Shown here in pieces: positions 1 to 9,011 of a stretch of 64,000 nt of DNA (positions within the stretch are counted from its first letter, which is position 1; every line of letters begins with the position of its first letter). The notes under the pieces were generated by a model that saw only the letters and a program-made list of their open reading frames with translations, had not been told where the DNA came from and made no database searches. Made by a program: the position numbers and the translations under genes. Source of the stretch: a bacterium (GTDB lineage Bacteria > Patescibacteriota > Minisyncoccia > UBA6257 > GWB1-50-10); contig JAKAHD010000001.1 in NCBI GenBank assembly GCA_021815205.1, forward strand, positions 89,247 to 153,246, read 5' to 3'.

Positions 1-2
1 GA

Positions 3-431
3 AAAGATAAGTTCTTACATCTCGCACGGGAAAAAGAAAGAGGGATTGGAATGACAGGGACGCGTATCTATGATGCGTCGGGCCTCGACGATTCGAACAC
101 GACGACCGCGCGCGATATGTTTTTGCTCCTCAAGTATCTCGTAGCGCACCACCCCGATATCTTGAGTTGGACGCGGCTCACGTCGCTTATCGTACAGCCC
201 CTGAATACCGATCGCTCGCACATCGTATCGAACATCGACGCGCTTTCCTCTCGCCCCGATTTTCTTGGGGGGAAGACGGGAACCTCTCCCAAGGCGCAAG
301 AGAATTTCGCGGGTATCTTTTCGTTTCACAACGCGCGGACGGCGCTCGTCATACTCGGTACGCCCGATCGCGTGAAGGAGACGGATAATATGCTCAAGTG
401 GATAAACAGTGCGTACACATTCGGTAATTAA
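3..431 (+). CDS. D-alanyl-D-alanine carboxypeptidase (peptidase S11), 5'-truncated by window edge
   Basis: Frame open from base 3; 'DASGL...TTARD' and 'GGKTG' penicillin-binding-protein motifs. Confidence 0.8.
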   Translation, partial: KDKFLHLAREKERGIGMTGTRIYDASGLDDSNTTTARDMFLLLKYLVAHHPDILSWTRLTSLIVQPLNTDRSHIVSNIDALSSRPDFLGGKTGTSPKAQENFAGIFSFHNARTALVILGTPDRVKETDNMLKWINSAYTFGN

Positions 432-530
432 GTCATTTGCATCCCGCAAAAAGCGGATGCGTAATTGGTAATTAGGTTGTTCGTTCGGTTCATGACGACC
501 TAATTTCCATGAATTACTACCAATTTCTTC
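424..530. repeat. GTAATT/AATTAC short-period imperfect inverted repeat array
   Basis: gtaattggtaattaggttg...taatttccatgaattactaccaattt; similar to 14491-14630. Confidence 0.55.
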
Positions 531-554
531 GCGGTGGTATAATGTAACAGATCT

Positions 555-1601
555 ATGGCTGTTTTCGCCGCAACCCGTGTCCTTATTATGTTTGCGCTCT
601 CATTCGTGGTGGCGCTTTTTATCACTCCGCTTGTGTTTCGTCTCCTTGATCGTTTCAATCTCCGGAAGAACAACATTCGCGACAAAGAGAGCGCGCCGGT
701 CTTCTACGTGTACCATAAGGATAAGGCGAACACTCCCACGATGGGAGGGATAATTATCTGGGCCACGGTTATCGGGCTCGCGATCATCTTTCTTGTGTTA
801 GGGGGTCTCTTCGACGGATTCGCGAGTTATCTGAACTTCGTGAACCGCTCGGAGACGTATCTTCCGCTTGCGGCGCTCCTCCTCGCCGCGATCGTTGGGC
901 TCGTGGACGACATGATGGGTATTCGCGGGAAGGGGCCTCACGGCGGGGGACTGCGGATGAAGTACAAGATACTTTTGTATACCGCGGTCGCCCTGATCGG
1001 CGCGTGGTGGTTTTATTTCCGCCTCGGATGGAACACGCTCTACGTGCCGTTCGTTGGCACATTCGATATCGGCGGGTGGTACATCCCGTTCTTCCTTTTC
1101 GTGCTCGTCGCGAGCGCTTTTTCCGCGAATGAGACGGACGGACTCGACGGTCTTGCGGGCGGCATCCTCCTCCTCTCTTTCGGAGCCCTCACCGTCGTCT
1201 CGTTCGTATTGCACCGTTATGATCTCGCGGTGATGGAGGCAGCGATCTTAGGATCGCTCCTCGCGTTTCTTTGGTTCAATATTCATCCGGCGAGATTCTT
1301 CATGGGGGACACGGGCTCGATGTCCTTAGGTATCACGCTCGGGATTATCGCGATGCTTACGAACACGGCGCTTTTTCTTCCGTTTTTCGCTTTCGTGCTG
1401 GTGCTCGAATCGACATCCGTGATCATCCAGGTGATGGGGAAAAAATTTCTGAAGCGGAAACTGTTCCACTCGACCCCCATTCACCATCACTTCCAGGCGC
1501 TCGGCTGGCCCGAAAGCCAGATCACGATGCGGTTCTGGATTATCGGCGCCTTAATGACGGTCTTTGGGCTCGTGCTGTTCTTCTTGGCGCATTTCGCGTA
1601 G
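555..1601 (+). CDS. mraY: Phospho-N-acetylmuramoyl-pentapeptide transferase
   Basis: TPTMGG, DD, NETDGLDGL, FMGDTGS, PIHHHF motifs; multi-TM. Confidence 0.97.
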   Translation: MAVFAATRVLIMFALSFVVALFITPLVFRLLDRFNLRKNNIRDKESAPVFYVYHKDKANTPTMGGIIIWATVIGLAIIFLVLGGLFDGFASYLNFVNRSETYLPLAALLLAAIVGLVDDMMGIRGKGPHGGGLRMKYKILLYTAVALIGAWWFYFRLGWNTLYVPFVGTFDIGGWYIPFFLFVLVASAFSANETDGLDGLAGGILLLSFGALTVVSFVLHRYDLAVMEAAILGSLLAFLWFNIHPARFFMGDTGSMSLGITLGIIAMLTNTALFLPFFAFVLVLESTSVIIQVMGKKFLKRKLFHSTPIHHHFQALGWPESQITMRFWIIGALMTVFGLVLFFLAHFA

Positions 1602-1705
1602 TTAGCTACGAAATACGAATTTTGTACGAATATACGAAAACGAATAGAATACATGAAGAATTATTCGTATATTCGTAATCAATTCGTAATTCGTAGAGAA
1701 ATTCC
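1602..1705 (+). repeat. TACGAA/TTCGTA inverted repeat array, copy 1
   Basis: gctacgaaatacgaat...ttcgtaattcgtagagaaat; copies at 13057-13180 and 57435-57549. Confidence 0.85.
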
Positions 1706-3175
1706 ATGAGTATTCTCATTAAAAATGGAACGGTCTATGACGGCACGGGCGCGCCGCCGCAGAAGATGGATATCTTGATCCGCGAAGCGCGGATCGTCCG
1801 TTGCGGAACGCTCTCCAAGGATAGCGCGGAGACGCTTCTTGACGCGACGGGAGCGATCGTAGCGCCCGGATGTATTGATACGGTGTCCGGCGAAGGAGTG
1901 CACGGCGGTTTTGATCCGGACGCGGATACAAAACTCCTCGAGAAGGGAGTCACAACAATCCTTGGTGGGGTAAGCGGCATTTCTTCCGTCCCGTTCTCTT
2001 CGAGGACGGGATCATTGATGCGGGAGTGGAGCGCGGAGCGGCGTTGGAACGTGCATTGGAACAGCGTGCGAGAGTTTCTCCGCGTGCTCGAGAGGCGCCC
2101 CCATACGCTGAATTTCGGAACGTTCGTCGGTCTCGGGACGCTTCGGAGCGCCTGCGGCGTACCGTATGGAAACGACATGACGTTTCGCGAGCTCGAATCG
2201 GCAACGGCGTTACTGCGCAGGAGTCTTGCGGAAGGAGCCTTCGGCCTTTCAGCCCATCTCTCCATGCCGCATTCCGAGACGATTGCATTTCACGAACTAG
2301 TGCGACTTTTCAAGGTGGTTGCGGAAAAAAAAGGAACAGGTATCCTTGAGGCGCGTTTCCCCGACAAGGGCGCAATTCCGGCGCTCGAAGAGTTTTTCGA
2401 TCTCGCGCGTTCGTCCCATGCGCGCGTCGTCCTCCATAACGCGCAATCGCTCTTCGGAGGGAACGACAAAGAGGAGGCGCTTGCGTTCCTTGAACGCGAG
2501 ACGGCGAACCTCGATGCGTATTTTGATACCGTTCCTTTTCCTTCCCTGCGGCTTCCGCTTACGGCATTTCTGCCCCGGTGGCTCCGCGAAGGGAATCGCG
2601 CGGCAATGGAAGCGGCGATGCGGGAGCGGCACGGAAAAGAACGCCTGCTTGCGCATTTCAAGAACACGATGAAAGGGAAAGGTGAGAAGCTTGTGATCGC
2701 GGATGTGCCGCCCCCGCTCAGTTTTCTTCGCGGTACGACGCTCGCCGCTTTTGCGGAGCACCACGGCGTTTCGCTTCAAAGAGCCCTGTATCTTTTCATG
2801 CGTCTTACGAGATTTCGCGCGCATCTACTCGTACCACAACCGCACACGCGAATCTTCGAGGCATTGCTCGCGAATCCGCATGGAATAGTGACGGGGGATT
2901 TTAAGGCGCTTCTTGCTCGTGCGGCAGACGACGAACGCGTGCCGCTTGAGAAGTGGATAAGGAAGATGACGGGACTGCCCGCGGAGAAGTTTCGTATCCC
3001 GAAGCGGGGAGTCCTCAAAGAGGGGAACTTCGCGGATATCGTGGTGCTCCGCGATGCGAAGCCGGAGACGGTGATCGTGAACGGTGTGCAGACGGTCCGC
3101 GATGGAGTGTCGCTTCACGGCAGGTACGCTGGGCGTGTACTCGCGCGCGAGGCGCAGAGCGGTAACATACAATGA
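1706..3175 (+). CDS. Amidohydrolase-family (N-acyl-D-amino-acid deacylase-like) protein with degenerate metal motif
   Basis: ILIKNGTVYDGTG, GVTT, RKMTGLPA, RGVLKEGNFADIVV; HxH replaced by 'PGCIDTVS'. Confidence 0.8.
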   Translation: MSILIKNGTVYDGTGAPPQKMDILIREARIVRCGTLSKDSAETLLDATGAIVAPGCIDTVSGEGVHGGFDPDADTKLLEKGVTTILGGVSGISSVPFSSRTGSLMREWSAERRWNVHWNSVREFLRVLERRPHTLNFGTFVGLGTLRSACGVPYGNDMTFRELESATALLRRSLAEGAFGLSAHLSMPHSETIAFHELVRLFKVVAEKKGTGILEARFPDKGAIPALEEFFDLARSSHARVVLHNAQSLFGGNDKEEALAFLERETANLDAYFDTVPFPSLRLPLTAFLPRWLREGNRAAMEAAMRERHGKERLLAHFKNTMKGKGEKLVIADVPPPLSFLRGTTLAAFAEHHGVSLQRALYLFMRLTRFRAHLLVPQPHTRIFEALLANPHGIVTGDFKALLARAADDERVPLEKWIRKMTGLPAEKFRIPKRGVLKEGNFADIVVLRDAKPETVIVNGVQTVRDGVSLHGRYAGRVLAREAQSGNIQ

Positions 3176-4278
3176 ACATGAAATTCAAAGCGCGCAAGGG
3201 GAACCCCGATTACGTATTCATCGCGTTTCTTGTTATCCTCGTCGTGTTCGGGCTCGTGATGCTCATGAGCGCCTCATCCGATCTTGGGAGAGCAAATTTC
3301 GGCGACAGTTTTTATTTTCTGAAACATCAGATCTTCTACGGGCTCATTCCGGGGATCATCGGTTTCTTTTTCGCGTATTTCTTTGAGTATCGGATATGGG
3401 AGAAGATAAGCCTCCCCGCACTGCTCGTGAGTATCCTTTTTCTTCTTCTTGTATTCAGTCCTCTGGGATTTCGCGCCCTGGGCGCCGAACGGTGGGTCTC
3501 GATCGGCGGCATACAGTTCCAGCCCGGCGAGCTTGTGAAACTCACCTTCATCGTGTACATGGCGGCGTGGATGGGAAAGAAAAGAGCGCGGGGGAAAAAA
3601 CTGGGTGAAGGATTCTTGCCGATGCTCATGCTCCTCGGCGCGGTATTGGTGCCGCTTGTGCTGCAGCCCGCGACGACCACGGCGGGCCTTATTTTTGCGT
3701 CCGTGCTCACCATGTACTTTATGAGCGGCGCGCGCGTGAAGTACGTTGCCGCGACGATCGCGCTTGCCGCGGTCGGGTTCGTATCACTCGTTATGATTAC
3801 GCCGTATCGCATGGAGCGTATTTTAGGATTTATTCATCCGCAGGCGGATCCGCTCGGGAAGACCTACCAGATCAATCAGACGCTCATGGCAGTCGGATCG
3901 GGAGGCGTGTGGGGCGTAGGGTACGGCCGTTCGACCACGAAGCTCGGCGCTCTTCCCGAACCGATGGGGGATTCCATCTTCGCCGTGATCGGCGAGGAGC
4001 TCGGTTTCGCGGGATCTATAGCGCTCATCCTTTTCTTTTTACTCTTCGTATGGCGGGCGTTCATAATCGCAAAGAAGACCTCCGACGGCTTCGCGCGGCT
4101 TATGGTTGTGGGATTTGGAACGCTTATCGGCATTCAGGCGTTCGTGCATATCGGCGCGAATACCGGAGTGATTCCGCTTACCGGCGTACCGCTTCCTTTC
4201 ATCAGTTACGGCGGTACGGCGCTTGCGGTTTTTTTGACCATGAGCGGCATTATTGCTACGATTTCGAGAGGAAGATGA
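3172..4278 (+). CDS. ftsW: SEDS peptidoglycan glycosyltransferase FtsW
   Basis: RW..G.QFQPGELVK, LPEPMGDSIFAVIGEELG, TGVPLPFISYGG; upstream of murG. Confidence 0.92.
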   Translation: MNMKFKARKGNPDYVFIAFLVILVVFGLVMLMSASSDLGRANFGDSFYFLKHQIFYGLIPGIIGFFFAYFFEYRIWEKISLPALLVSILFLLLVFSPLGFRALGAERWVSIGGIQFQPGELVKLTFIVYMAAWMGKKRARGKKLGEGFLPMLMLLGAVLVPLVLQPATTTAGLIFASVLTMYFMSGARVKYVAATIALAAVGFVSLVMITPYRMERILGFIHPQADPLGKTYQINQTLMAVGSGGVWGVGYGRSTTKLGALPEPMGDSIFAVIGEELGFAGSIALILFFLLFVWRAFIIAKKTSDGFARLMVVGFGTLIGIQAFVHIGANTGVIPLTGVPLPFISYGGTALAVFLTMSGIIATISRGR

Positions 4279-4282
4279 AACG

Positions 4283-4489
4283 AAATCCTAAATTCGAAAT
4301 CCTAAATCCTAAACAAATTCAAAACACGTGTTTCAGTCATTGTGATTTTGTATTTCGGTCATTATTTAGGATTTGGTGTTTGAAATTTGAAATTTTTATT
4401 CAAGTCCAAATGGAGTAATTTTGAAATTTAAAATTAAAAGACATTTAAAATTGATTAAAAATTTAAAATTGTGAATTAAAAATTAATAT
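4283..4489. repeat. AT-rich heptad inverted repeat arrays (AAATCCT/AGGATTT, then AAATTT-type)
   Basis: aaatcctaaattcgaaatcctaaatcctaaac...atttaggatttggtgtttgaaatttg; related copy 36346-36546. Confidence 0.75.
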
Positions 4490-5620
4490 ATGATAAAAAG
4501 GATTGTGTTAACAGGCGGGGGAAGCGGGGGGCACGTGTTCCCGCTCGTTGCCGTCGCGGAGGAGCTTAAGAAGATCCCCGCGGACCTCGAACTGCATTAT
4601 GTGGGTCCAAAAAGTCCCTTGAACCAGGAGTTTCTGGAGCGAGATATTCCCGTCCGCACCATCTTGGGAAGCAAGATCAGGCGATATCTTTCTTTCGGGA
4701 CTATTGTTGATATTCCGAAATTTTTTATAAGTCTCCTGCAGGCGCTCTTTTACCTCTACCGCATCATGCCGGATGCGGTGTTCTCGAAGGGCGGTACGGG
4801 TGCGTTTCCCGTGGTCTTCGCCGCGTGGTGCTACCGGATTCCCGTTGTGATTCATGAGTCGGATTCGGTTCCTGGTCTCCAGAATCGTCTTTCCGGAACA
4901 TTCGCGAAAAAGATCTGCATCTCATTCTCCGGCGCCGCGGATTATTTTAAGAAAGAGAAGCTTGTGTTCACGGGGAATCCGATTCGTGAAGCGTTGTTGC
5001 ACATGGCAGAAGCGCAGATGCCGCACGAGAAGGTAGCGATCGGGTTCAAGGACGAGGCGCCGCTTCTTTTCATCGTGAGCGGATCGCAGGGCGCCGCGCG
5101 CATCAACCGTTTTCTATTTGATAATTTCGAGCTCCTTCTTCAAGAGTTCCAGATATACCATCAGGTCGGTCCTTCGAATACAGAAGATGCCGAGTTTTTT
5201 GCCGCATCCGCACTGCAATCCTTCGACGAGAACATGAAGCGGCGTTACAAGATGGCGGGGTTTCTTTCGCTTCGCGAAATGCAAGCCGCGTACGCCGCCG
5301 CCGATATCGTGCTTTCGAGGGCGGGCGCGAGTGGCATCTTCGAGATTGCGGCGTTTGGAAAGCCCTCACTACTCATTCCACTCCAAGGATCGGCGAATGA
5401 TCATCAGCGGCTCAATGCGTATGAGTATGCGAAAGGAGGCGCTGCGGTTGTCGTTGAGGAATCGAACCTTACGCCGCACGTCGTTGTGGATCAGGCGGTT
5501 CGTATTCTGAAGGATAAGAACCTTTACGGATCCATGAGTGCGGCCGCGAAGGCGTTCTCGAAGCCCGATGCCGCGAAGATGATTGCGCGGGAGCTTACCA
5601 CACTGCTTCGTCTGGCATAA
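4490..5620 (+). CDS. murG: Undecaprenyl-PP-MurNAc-pentapeptide GlcNAc transferase
   Basis: TGGGSGGHVFP, HESD, TGNPIR, GSQGA, RAGA, HQRLNA. Confidence 0.96.
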   Translation: MIKRIVLTGGGSGGHVFPLVAVAEELKKIPADLELHYVGPKSPLNQEFLERDIPVRTILGSKIRRYLSFGTIVDIPKFFISLLQALFYLYRIMPDAVFSKGGTGAFPVVFAAWCYRIPVVIHESDSVPGLQNRLSGTFAKKICISFSGAADYFKKEKLVFTGNPIREALLHMAEAQMPHEKVAIGFKDEAPLLFIVSGSQGAARINRFLFDNFELLLQEFQIYHQVGPSNTEDAEFFAASALQSFDENMKRRYKMAGFLSLREMQAAYAAADIVLSRAGASGIFEIAAFGKPSLLIPLQGSANDHQRLNAYEYAKGGAAVVVEESNLTPHVVVDQAVRILKDKNLYGSMSAAAKAFSKPDAAKMIARELTTLLRLA

Positions 5621-5648
5621 AAGCCGCAGGGTGCCCTATAATAGGAGC

Positions 5649-7058
5649 ATGCCGATACGCGTGCGCTTTGCTCCGTCTCCCACAGGTCCTTTCAGCTTCG
5701 GGAACGCGAGAACGGCGCTTTTTAACTGGCTTTTTGCCCGCCACGAGGGGGGTAAGTTTTTGATTCGCATCGAGGATACGGACAAGGAGCGTTCAGAGAA
5801 AACCCACGAAGCGAATCTCCTTATGACGCTCGAGTGGCTCGGCATCACGCCGGACGAAACGATAGTGCGTCAGAGTGAGCGCGGCGCGGTCTACGAATCG
5901 TATCTTAAGAAACTTCTCGAGGAGAAAAAAGCGTACTATTGCTTCTGTACGCCCGAAGAGCTGGAGGCGGAGCGGCAGGCGCAGTTGAGCCAAGGGCTTC
6001 CTCCGCGCTACCGCGGAACGTGCAGGGCACTCTCGGACGAAGCGATCGCGGAGCGCCTCAAAAAGGGGAGCGGAGTGATCCGTTTCAAGATGCCGGAGAG
6101 TACCGTGTCGTTTCAGGACATAGTGCACGGAAAAGCGTCCTTCGATGGGTCGCTTTTCGGCGACTTCATTATCGCGAAGGGATGCCGCGAACCGCTCTAT
6201 AATTTCGCGGTTGTTGTGGACGACTACGAGATGAAGATCACGCATGTGATCCGCGGCGACGATCATTTTTCGAATACACCGAAGCAGATCGCGATTCAAG
6301 ACGCCCTCGGATTTCCGCACGTGCATTACGCACACCTTCCGCTTATTTTGGGGAGTGACCATAAGAAACTCTCGAAGCGCTATCTTGAAACCTCGATCTA
6401 CGAATATAAGGAAAAAGGATACCTCGCCTCCGCGGTCGTGAACTTCCTCGCGCTCTTGGGGTGGCACCCCGAAGAGGATCGCGAGGTGTTGACCATCGAA
6501 GATCTTGTAAGGGAGTTCGATCTGAGACGCGTGCAAAAATCGGGAGGCGTGTTCAATCCCGAAAAACTCGAGTGGCTGAACGCGCAACACATAAAGAGGA
6601 TGCCGACGCCCGCGCTCGCGGAGCTTGTGGCGCCCTTTATTTCCGAATCCTGGCGGGCGAACGGAGAGATGCTCCTTCGCGTGGTGAACGTCGAGAAGGA
6701 GCGCTTGAAGCATCTCTCGGATCTCCCGATGCTCGCGGGATTCTTTTTCGAGCTTCCGGAATACGACGCGAAGCTTCTTATCTGGAACAGCACGCCGCCC
6801 GCCGCGATTCTCGACAATCTGCATTTTACGCTGGATGTGATGCAAGAGATTCCTCCTTCCGAGTTTGAGAAGGGCACGATTGAACAGTATGTCATGACGG
6901 TTGCCGAGAAGCGCGGCAGGGGAGAGGTCTTGTGGCCCCTGAGAGTCGCACTTTCGGGGAAAGAAAGTTCGCCCGGCCCATTTGAGATTATGGAAGTGTT
7001 AGGTAAGGAAGAGTCATTGAGAAGAATTGAGCGTGCGATTCAAAAAATGGAAGCGTGA
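5649..7058 (+). CDS. gltX: Glutamyl-tRNA synthetase
   Basis: RVRFAPSPTG, RIEDTD, HVIRGDDH, KLSKR; start chosen at ATG 6 nt after TATAAT. Confidence 0.95.
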   Translation: MPIRVRFAPSPTGPFSFGNARTALFNWLFARHEGGKFLIRIEDTDKERSEKTHEANLLMTLEWLGITPDETIVRQSERGAVYESYLKKLLEEKKAYYCFCTPEELEAERQAQLSQGLPPRYRGTCRALSDEAIAERLKKGSGVIRFKMPESTVSFQDIVHGKASFDGSLFGDFIIAKGCREPLYNFAVVVDDYEMKITHVIRGDDHFSNTPKQIAIQDALGFPHVHYAHLPLILGSDHKKLSKRYLETSIYEYKEKGYLASAVVNFLALLGWHPEEDREVLTIEDLVREFDLRRVQKSGGVFNPEKLEWLNAQHIKRMPTPALAELVAPFISESWRANGEMLLRVVNVEKERLKHLSDLPMLAGFFFELPEYDAKLLIWNSTPPAAILDNLHFTLDVMQEIPPSEFEKGTIEQYVMTVAEKRGRGEVLWPLRVALSGKESSPGPFEIMEVLGKEESLRRIERAIQKMEA

Positions 7059-7175
7059 AAATCCTTCGTATGCGGGAGCAAGGGCACGGGTCCCGGCGTG
7101 AATCTCTTGTGCACAGTCATTGCGTGCATTGATTCCGGGCAGTGCTACAGTATATACAGGGAGAACAAACGGCGT

Positions 7176-7598
7176 ATGAGAAAAATTACTCTTATTCTGC
7201 TTGTTGCCTCGTTTTTCATCCCGCTTATAGGGAGCGCGCAACAGGCGCAGACCGTGCAGAACGCGCAGGGGATTCAAAACTTGAATCCAAGCGCCCTCGT
7301 ACCGGTTCAGGATCTTATGAATCTTCTTAATAAGGCAAAGAGCTATGTGCCGCTTCTGAACGTTGCACAGGGCCGGCACACCGTTCAGGCGCCCGCACCT
7401 GCCGCCATCCCTTCTATCGCCGCATTTGATCTTTCAACGCTTACCAATGCGTGGAGTTCGGCGAACGCATGGTCCGAGGCGAATCTCGGAGTGAGTCTTA
7501 CGAGCATCGCGACCACCGTAATGAACTTTATGATGTGGATATGGGGACTCGTGTGGAAGCTCCTTCAATTTGGGTTGTCGCATATTCAATTCACGTAA
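7176..7598 (+). CDS. Hypothetical secreted/membrane protein
   Basis: Signal-peptide-like N-terminus MRKITLILLVASFF; hydrophobic C-terminus. Confidence 0.7.
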   Translation: MRKITLILLVASFFIPLIGSAQQAQTVQNAQGIQNLNPSALVPVQDLMNLLNKAKSYVPLLNVAQGRHTVQAPAPAAIPSIAAFDLSTLTNAWSSANAWSEANLGVSLTSIATTVMNFMMWIWGLVWKLLQFGLSHIQFT

Positions 7599-7788
7599 GG
7601 AATATGAAGAAGATAATTCTTCTTTCTCTAATCCTCGTCTTCCTTTTGGATGGCAACATTTGACGATGGAAATGGAAACACTGCGAGATGTTACGTAAGC
7701 TGGCCTGGATATACTGGACACGCAAGAACATCATTCTATCACGTGGGAGATATAATAGGATCAACAACTACAGTTCCAAAATTCTAAT

Positions 7789-7968
7789 ATGCTTTGGTTT
7801 CTCGCAATAATCGCGGTGGGAATGTTGTTATTAAGTAATCCGAAAAACAGTATTTCTTCACTTGCTCAAGCAGAACGCTCTGTTGGGAAAATTATTCTTA
7901 TAATAACTATAGGATTACCTCTTTTAGTTATCCCTCTTTATTTCATTGCCCCTTCTTTGTTTTACTAA
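7789..7968 (+). CDS. Small membrane protein, 59 aa (not in ORF track)
   Basis: MLWFLAIIAVGMLLL...IILIITIGLPLLVIPLYFIAPSLFY; two hydrophobic stretches; TAATG overlap with next ORF. Confidence 0.55.
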   Translation: MLWFLAIIAVGMLLLSNPKNSISSLAQAERSVGKIILIITIGLPLLVIPLYFIAPSLFY

Positions 7969-8135
7969 TGATAGCGCGTCTTCTTCTTTCATTCGGGATA
8001 TTTGCACTTATCACTTATATAGGATATAAGCGCGGGAAACCTGTCTCGTATAAAGAGTATGCGATATTCATGCTCGCGCTTTTGTGTGCGCTTACGGTTT
8101 TTGTGGCTTCTCTTGCACTCCTCGGATGGTGGTAG
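7968..8135 (+). CDS. Small membrane protein, 55 aa (not in ORF track)
   Basis: MIARLLLSFGIFALITYIGYKRGK...AIFMLALLCALTVFVASLALLGWW; start overlaps previous stop. Confidence 0.55.
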   Translation: MIARLLLSFGIFALITYIGYKRGKPVSYKEYAIFMLALLCALTVFVASLALLGWW

Positions 8136-8146
8136 TTTCTAAAAGT

Positions 8147-8310
8147 TTAGGAAGGGGAGGGTGTTATGACGCGTCATAACACCCCTTAGTAGACCCCCAC
8201 ACCTATACTAGGTTGTGGTGGTAAACCAGTGCCATTAAGATTATTAGTCTACCAATGGCGTATATAAGAGTTGCGGATGTTGCATTGCAAGATTGAATTT
8301 GCGGTATTTT
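8147..8310. repeat. Dispersed composite repeat (26-bp palindrome + CCCCACACC hairpin + conserved tail), copy 1
   Basis: GGGTGTTATGACGCGTCATAACACCC at 8159-8184; homologous block at 48398-48645. Confidence 0.85.
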
Positions 8311-8313
8311 TAT

Positions 8314-8343
8314 TTGACAATTTAGTGTAAGAGTTGTTACTAT
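8314..8343 (+). promoter_or_regulatory. Sigma70-type promoter
   Basis: TTGACA-18nt-TACTAT; GGAGG precedes ATG 8394. Confidence 0.6.
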
Positions 8344-8393
8344 ATTTCTCAAGTTTTAGTTTGCATTTTTAAAAATAAACCCATGGAGGATGT

Positions 8394-8783
8394 ATGGGAT
8401 CCCGAACAAAAAAGCGGTTGGTGCTATTATTGTTAATAATACTAGTTGCCGTAAGCGAAGTAATATTGGCCATAAGAACCATATGGCATGTAAGCTGGTG
8501 TACAGAAATATTTTCCGTGGCCTATAGCACGATAATGTTTATAATCGGGGTTGTGTCATGGATGCTTGTGGCGTCGCATTATTGGTTAGGACAATACAAG
8601 TGTATTGATCGTATGAGGTTTTTTACTGTGTTACTGGTAATCATCGCGATAGTGCTCAGCAGTACAGGAAGGATACTGCCATTTTATGTGGCTTTGGTAC
8701 TCAACGCGCTTTTATGGATAATTTTTTCCATAAAGTTCTTTTTTGAGCTTGTATGGAATTCCAGGGGAGATTGGAGCAAATAG
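8394..8783 (+). CDS. Hypothetical 4-TM membrane protein, AT-rich
   Basis: Hydrophobic ORF with promoter and SD. Confidence 0.65.
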   Translation: MGSRTKKRLVLLLLIILVAVSEVILAIRTIWHVSWCTEIFSVAYSTIMFIIGVVSWMLVASHYWLGQYKCIDRMRFFTVLLVIIAIVLSSTGRILPFYVALVLNALLWIIFSIKFFFELVWNSRGDWSK

Positions 8784-9011
8784 TTTTAGCCCGGTTCTTA
8801 ATTGTAAGGGACCGGGCACATTATTTTCTGGATTAAGAAGTCCACGAGATTCAACCTCCTTGCGCCAGTATCATTATGTCGGGAAATGTACCTTGTGCGA
8901 CAGATACAGATACCTCTAGGCCGCGCTTCTTTTCAACTCCCCCGCATCGTTCATGAGCAGTGTACGCAACCACTTCGCTTTTTTCGTTTCTTCTGCGATA
9001 ATACGAAAGAT

